Origin: an uncultured Gammaproteobacteria bacterium
GTDB lineage: Bacteria > Patescibacteriota > Patescibacteriia > UBA11705 > JABHMO01
Direction of reading: 5' to 3'
NCBI GenBank assembly: GCA_964565345.1
Contig: CAZMEQ010000005.1
Location: 275 to 64,274 of the forward strand
Length of the DNA: 64,000 bases
The position numbers were made by a program, and so were the translations under genes. Within the stretch, counting starts at the first letter, position 1. Every line of letters begins with the position of its first letter. Below, piece after piece: positions 59,582 through 64,000 of the stretch. The notes beneath the pieces were generated by a model that saw only the letters and a program-made list of their open reading frames with translations, was not told the origin of the DNA and ran no database searches.

Positions 59582-61117
59582 TTATTCATTTACTTCTACT
59601 TTGACAAGCATGTCTTCGACAGTCGATTTATATTCACTAATACTCTTTATAATCTTATTTTCCAATTCTTCACTTAATTCTTTTTTCTCGATAATTTCTT
59701 TTAATATTTCTGGAGTGGTTGTCTCAAAATAATTGTGCAAGCCCTTTTCAAAGTCCCCAATACGAGCGACTTCCACATCATCAAGTAAACCTTTAATAGC
59801 TGCAAACAAGATGACAACCTGTTTTTCTACAGCCACCGGGACATATTGACCCTGTTTTAAAATTTCGACTATGCGTTTACCACGTTCTAATTGCTTCTTT
59901 GTTGCTTCGTCCAAGTCAGATCCAAACTGGGCAAAAGCAGCCAACTCACGGTATTGAGCGACTTCGAGTCTTAACTTTCCCGCCACTTTTTTCATGGCCT
60001 TAATTTGTGCGCTAGAACCAACACGTGAAACAGAAAGACCGACGTTGATAGCTGGTCGTATACCCTGATAAAACAAATCACCTTCCAAAAATATTTGTCC
60101 ATCTGTAATTGAAATGACGTTTGTAGGAATGTAAGCCGAAATATCACCAGCCTGAGTTTCGATAATAGGCAAAGCAGTAATTGAACCTCCGCCATGTTCG
60201 TCGTTTAATTTAACAGCGCGCTCCAACAATCTTGAGTGAAGGTAAAACACGTCACCTGGATAAGCCTCACGTCCTGGTGGTCGTCGTAACAAAAGTGAAA
60301 TTTCACGATATGCAACCGCGTGTTTTGATAAATCATCATAAACAATCAAAACGTCCTTACCTTTGTCCATAAAGTACTCAGCCATAGCGCAGCCAGCAAA
60401 CGGAGCTATATAATTTAAAGATGATGGCGATGAAGCTCCAGACAAAACAATAATAGTATGATCCATGGCTCCGGCTTCATTCAATTTAGCCACAATCTTG
60501 GCAATTTTTGATTCCTTTTGACCTATAGCCACGTATATACAGATTAAATCCTTACCTTTTTGATTTATTATAGTATCAATAGCAATAGCGGTTTTACCTG
60601 TTTGTCTATCACCAATTATAAGTTCGCGTTGTCCACGTCCTATAGGAATCATGGAATCAACAGCCTTGATACCAGTTTGTACTGGTTGATGCACTGATTT
60701 TCTGGTAATAACTCCGGGTGCAATTTTTTCTACTGGATAAAATGTTTTTGTTTCAATTCTTCCCTTGCCATCAACCGCTTCACCCAAAGGATTAACAACG
60801 CGCCCAATTAAATTGTCGCCCACCGGCACCTCCAAAACTCGACCTGTGCTTTTAACTACATCACCCTCTTTAATTTTCAACCAATCGCCCAAAATCATAG
60901 CCCCAACTAACTCTTCTTCAAGATTTAAAGCTACACCAAATACGCCCTCTCCAAAATCAAGCATTTCCGAAGCCATAACATTTGAAAGCCCCGAAATTTT
61001 TGCAATTCCATCACCTACTTCCAAAACTCGCCCCACAGTATCCACGGAAACATGTTCCTTAAATTCGCTAATCTGTTTTTTTAAAGCTTCTATAACGTAG
61101 TCATTTTTCTGTGTCAT
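59582..61117 (-). CDS. atpA: ATP synthase alpha
   Basis: [20 protein letters not shown]; start set at MTQK. Confidence 0.97.
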   Translation of the reverse strand: MTQKNDYVIEALKKQISEFKEHVSVDTVGRVLEVGDGIAKISGLSNVMASEMLDFGEGVFGVALNLEEELVGAMILGDWLKIKEGDVVKSTGRVLEVPVGDNLIGRVVNPLGEAVDGKGRIETKTFYPVEKIAPGVITRKSVHQPVQTGIKAVDSMIPIGRGQRELIIGDRQTGKTAIAIDTIINQKGKDLICIYVAIGQKESKIAKIVAKLNEAGAMDHTIIVLSGASSPSSLNYIAPFAGCAMAEYFMDKGKDVLIVYDDLSKHAVAYREISLLLRRPPGREAYPGDVFYLHSRLLERAVKLNDEHGGGSITALPIIETQAGDISAYIPTNVISITDGQIFLEGDLFYQGIRPAINVGLSVSRVGSSAQIKAMKKVAGKLRLEVAQYRELAAFAQFGSDLDEATKKQLERGKRIVEILKQGQYVPVAVEKQVVILFAAIKGLLDDVEVARIGDFEKGLHNYFETTTPEILKEIIEKKELSEELENKIIKSISEYKSTVEDMLVKVEVNE

Positions 61118-61133
61118 ATTATTGGTTGATAAT

Positions 61134-61676
61134 TTATTCATAATCCTCGATCTTCTTCTTTAATCTTAAAATTTTTCCCTTAATACTAGCATCAATTTCC
61201 GTATCACCCAAATATATCTTAAGACCACCGATAAGCTCTGGATTAATAATATTTTTGATAATTATTTTTTGAGAAACAGCCTTTGATAATTTTTCGTGCA
61301 ACTGTTTAGTTTGAGGCGCTGTTAAAGGTATAACGGATTCAACCACTGCTTCGAATAAATCTCGCGTTTTCAAGTGCGTTTTTTCGGATTCTTTCAGAAT
61401 AGAAGACAGATCTAGTAATCTAGAATCTTTGATTAAAAGATATAAAAAGTTATAAGACTTATCGCCTACAAAATCCTGAAATGTATTTTTGAGTGCTTCC
61501 TTTTTCTGAGCAAAAGTAACATGTTTATCGGTTAAATATTTCTTAAACTCTAAGTTTTCATTGATTTTATTATCAACATCAACTAAGTCCGCCACTAAAG
61601 CCTCGTAGCATTGATTCTCCAGCCCCAATTCTACCAAAGCCTTGGCGTAATGTTTAATAGTCGAATTCTGTGCCAT
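61134..61676 (-). CDS. atpH: ATP synthase delta
   Basis: YAKAL, LIGGL...IDASI; operon position. Confidence 0.9.
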   Translation of the reverse strand: MAQNSTIKHYAKALVELGLENQCYEALVADLVDVDNKINENLEFKKYLTDKHVTFAQKKEALKNTFQDFVGDKSYNFLYLLIKDSRLLDLSSILKESEKTHLKTRDLFEAVVESVIPLTAPQTKQLHEKLSKAVSQKIIIKNIINPELIGGLKIYLGDTEIDASIKGKILRLKKKIEDYE

Positions 61677-61678
61677 AA

Positions 61679-62194
61679 CTATTTTTTAGTAACTTGCTTT
61701 TCTAAATCCTTAATAACATCATCTATCAATTGGCCGTGTGTTTTTTCGGCAATGGCCTGTCCGGTAACCTTGTTTAATGCCGTTGCAATTAATCCACCCA
61801 ATTCATTTTTTACATCTTTAATCATTTCATCACGTTCTTCACGAATTCGACCACGCGCTTCTTGTGCCATCTTTTCTATCTCTGTAATAGTTTTTTGGAT
61901 TTTTTCTTGTCTCAATTCTTCACCCGCTTTTTCGGCCTGAGCAATTAAAGCTTGGGCGTCACGTCTCCCTTGTTTTATTTCTTCTTCTTTAAGTTTAGCA
62001 ATTTCCTTTATTTTCTCCTGCATTTCTTCGGCATGTTTTATGCCGCCAGAAATTTTTTCTTCACGTTCCTTCATTATCTTTATCAGTGGTTTAACGGCAA
62101 ATATCCCCAAAACCAAAACAACTATTGTGAAGTTGATCATTTGCGCAATTAAAAGCTTCCAATCGATTTGAAATGTCTTTATTAAATCATCCAT
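61679..62194 (-). CDS. atpF: ATP synthase b
   Basis: QMINF TM, KP...ER coiled coil. Confidence 0.92.
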   Translation of the reverse strand: MDDLIKTFQIDWKLLIAQMINFTIVVLVLGIFAVKPLIKIMKEREEKISGGIKHAEEMQEKIKEIAKLKEEEIKQGRRDAQALIAQAEKAGEELRQEKIQKTITEIEKMAQEARGRIREERDEMIKDVKNELGGLIATALNKVTGQAIAEKTHGQLIDDVIKDLEKQVTKK

Positions 62195-62256
62195 ATAATA
62201 TTTTATAATTTACTTTTGTTTGTCCCGTACAAAATACGAGACAAGGAAAAAACAAA

Positions 62257-62511
<255 letters not shown>

Positions 62512-62544
62512 TTAACGTCGGTTTAATTTTCCCTTAAATTAATA

Positions 62545-63456
62545 CTAATGTTCTTCATCCGTCATGGCGATGGTAAAATAAACCAAAGTCAACATGCCAA
62601 AAATTAAAGCCTGAATAATTCCAACTACAACCTCTAAAAACATAAAAGGAATTGGTAACCCAAAAGCTAATATAACCGCCAACGATGATAGCAAAACCTC
62701 TCCGGCAAAAACATTACCAAAAAGACGGAACGAAAGTGATGCGACCTTAGCCACCTCTCCCACAATTTCAACTATACCAACAAAAAATTTAATCGGATTA
62801 ACAATTGCTATACTTGGATCTTTTCGGATATGAGTAGGTATATGTCCCAAAGACTTCAGATTTACAAATTTATTAAAATACTTCCAACCACCAACAGCCA
62901 AAACACCAAAAAGGTTAGAGCCAATTACAGCGATTAGAGCTAAGGCTAGCGTAGTATTTAAATCAGCCGTTCCACCACGAAAATATGGGACAAAAACACT
63001 ATGCCCCCCCTCACTTTCGATAAAACCGATTGAGCCAACTCCAGGAACTAATCCCATCCAATTCATAATAAGAATGAATATAAAAAAACTGAATACTATT
63101 GGAAAAACTTTAAGTGACTTTTTATGATCATTGGTTACAGAATCACAAAGCTTTAAGGCTCCTTCAACAATTATCTCAAATAAATTCTGAAGACCACGTG
63201 GAATTTCTCTAAGCTTACGACGTAAAGCCAAAGCAAAAATAAAAAGGATAGCCACAACTATCCAAGTATTTAATAAAGAATTTGTTATAGGAAAACTACC
63301 AACGTGTGCAATAGGTTCCGCGGCCAAAGTTGCCTCATGTGAAACATGCGCGGTTGTTTCACCTTCTTTTGAGATGTGTTCAAGCGCGACCGCCTCTTCT
63401 AGTTCGGCAGTTTGATGTTCTTGTACTTCGCTTGTCGCGTGACCACTAATAGCCAT
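62545..63456 (-). CDS. atpB: ATP synthase a
   Basis: TADLN, SLSFRLFGNVFAGE, IQALIF. Confidence 0.95.
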   Translation of the reverse strand: MAISGHATSEVQEHQTAELEEAVALEHISKEGETTAHVSHEATLAAEPIAHVGSFPITNSLLNTWIVVAILFIFALALRRKLREIPRGLQNLFEIIVEGALKLCDSVTNDHKKSLKVFPIVFSFFIFILIMNWMGLVPGVGSIGFIESEGGHSVFVPYFRGGTADLNTTLALALIAVIGSNLFGVLAVGGWKYFNKFVNLKSLGHIPTHIRKDPSIAIVNPIKFFVGIVEIVGEVAKVASLSFRLFGNVFAGEVLLSSLAVILAFGLPIPFMFLEVVVGIIQALIFGMLTLVYFTIAMTDEEH

Positions 63457-63458
63457 AA

Positions 63459-63734
63459 TTATTTTTTAGGTTTTTCTTTATCTTCATCAATAATTTTTTG
63501 CATTTTTTTGGCTGCTTTGAGTGTCGCCCGAATCAACCCAACATTAGTTATGACAAAGGCGCTAGCAACACAACCTATATATATCCATGGTTCATGCCCC
63601 CATTTGCCTTGAAGCCACTTCCCCAGGTAAATAGCGAGCAAGAGAGGAAAAACTATCCAACCAGAGACTTGAGCAAAAATCTCCATGGCCGGCTGCCACC
63701 AAGCTTTATTATTTGCGGAATTTGGCTGAGGCAT
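63459..63734 (-). CDS. AtpZ/AtpI-like membrane protein
   Basis: Two TM helices, first gene of the atp operon. Confidence 0.75.
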   Translation of the reverse strand: MPQPNSANNKAWWQPAMEIFAQVSGWIVFPLLLAIYLGKWLQGKWGHEPWIYIGCVASAFVITNVGLIRATLKAAKKMQKIIDEDKEKPKK

Positions 63735-63819
63735 AAAAAGGCACCTCTAATCTATCATTAAATTAAAAAAAAATCAAGTATTCTTGTTTATAAGTTGAAG
63801 GTAAAGAGTTTGTCTACGT

Positions 63820-64000
63820 TTATTGAAGGGCCACATGGAAGAGTCTTTCGGCATTTCTGGTCGTTAATCGATCTATTTCTTGGAATGATTTATGCTTTAT
63901 TTCGGCTATCTTTTGGACCACAAACTCAATATAGGCCGGTTCATTCCTTTGTCCCCTAAAAGGAACCGGGGTTAAATATGGACAATCTGTTTCCGTCACA
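63820..64000 (-). CDS. tatD: TatD-family DNase, 3' end (partial)
   Basis: Hand translation ...ETDCPYLTPVPFRGQRNEPAY...TTRNAERLF. Confidence 0.88.
   Translation of the reverse strand, partial: VTETDCPYLTPVPFRGQRNEPAYIEFVVQKIAEIKHKSFQEIDRLTTRNAERLFHVALQ

Overview
AT-rich bacterial chromosome segment using the standard genetic code (tRNA-Trp CCA; TGA acts as stop). Gene content and style suggest a Patescibacteria/CPR (Parcubacteria-like) genome; this is an inference. Backbone: a surface-glycan cluster (two GT-C transferases, UXS-like SDR, GT2/GT4s, radical SAM, O-antigen-ligase-like protein, ugd), tRNA-Trp, apt/mtaP, queA, yhaM, fmt-def-priA, CIRCE-controlled clpB, gltX, an M23 peptidase, a Xer recombinase with an adjacent dif-like site, ftsQ, alr, serS, lysS, greA, mreBCD-mrdA, proS, dciA, a UvrD-nuclease fusion, the F1Fo atp operon and the end of tatD. 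The striking feature is seven dispersed single-gene GC-rich transcription units at about 15.6, 30.8, 31.5, 41.1, 49.7, 50.5 and 51.2 kb. Each has an AT-rich TTGAC(A/T)-N17 promoter, a GC-rich ORF ending in TAG/TGA and its own GC hairpin plus T-tract terminator. Six of the seven have GGAGG exactly 5 nt before ATG, whereas nearly all backbone genes inspected lack a Shine-Dalgarno motif. No mobility genes or att/terminal repeats flank them. Cargo includes an orphan receiver domain, an HhH/Zn protein and a probable outer-membrane beta-barrel. This is a candidate undescribed system: host-directed mRNAs or transcript-sized gene capture. GC values are hand counts of sample lines and no database searches were run.
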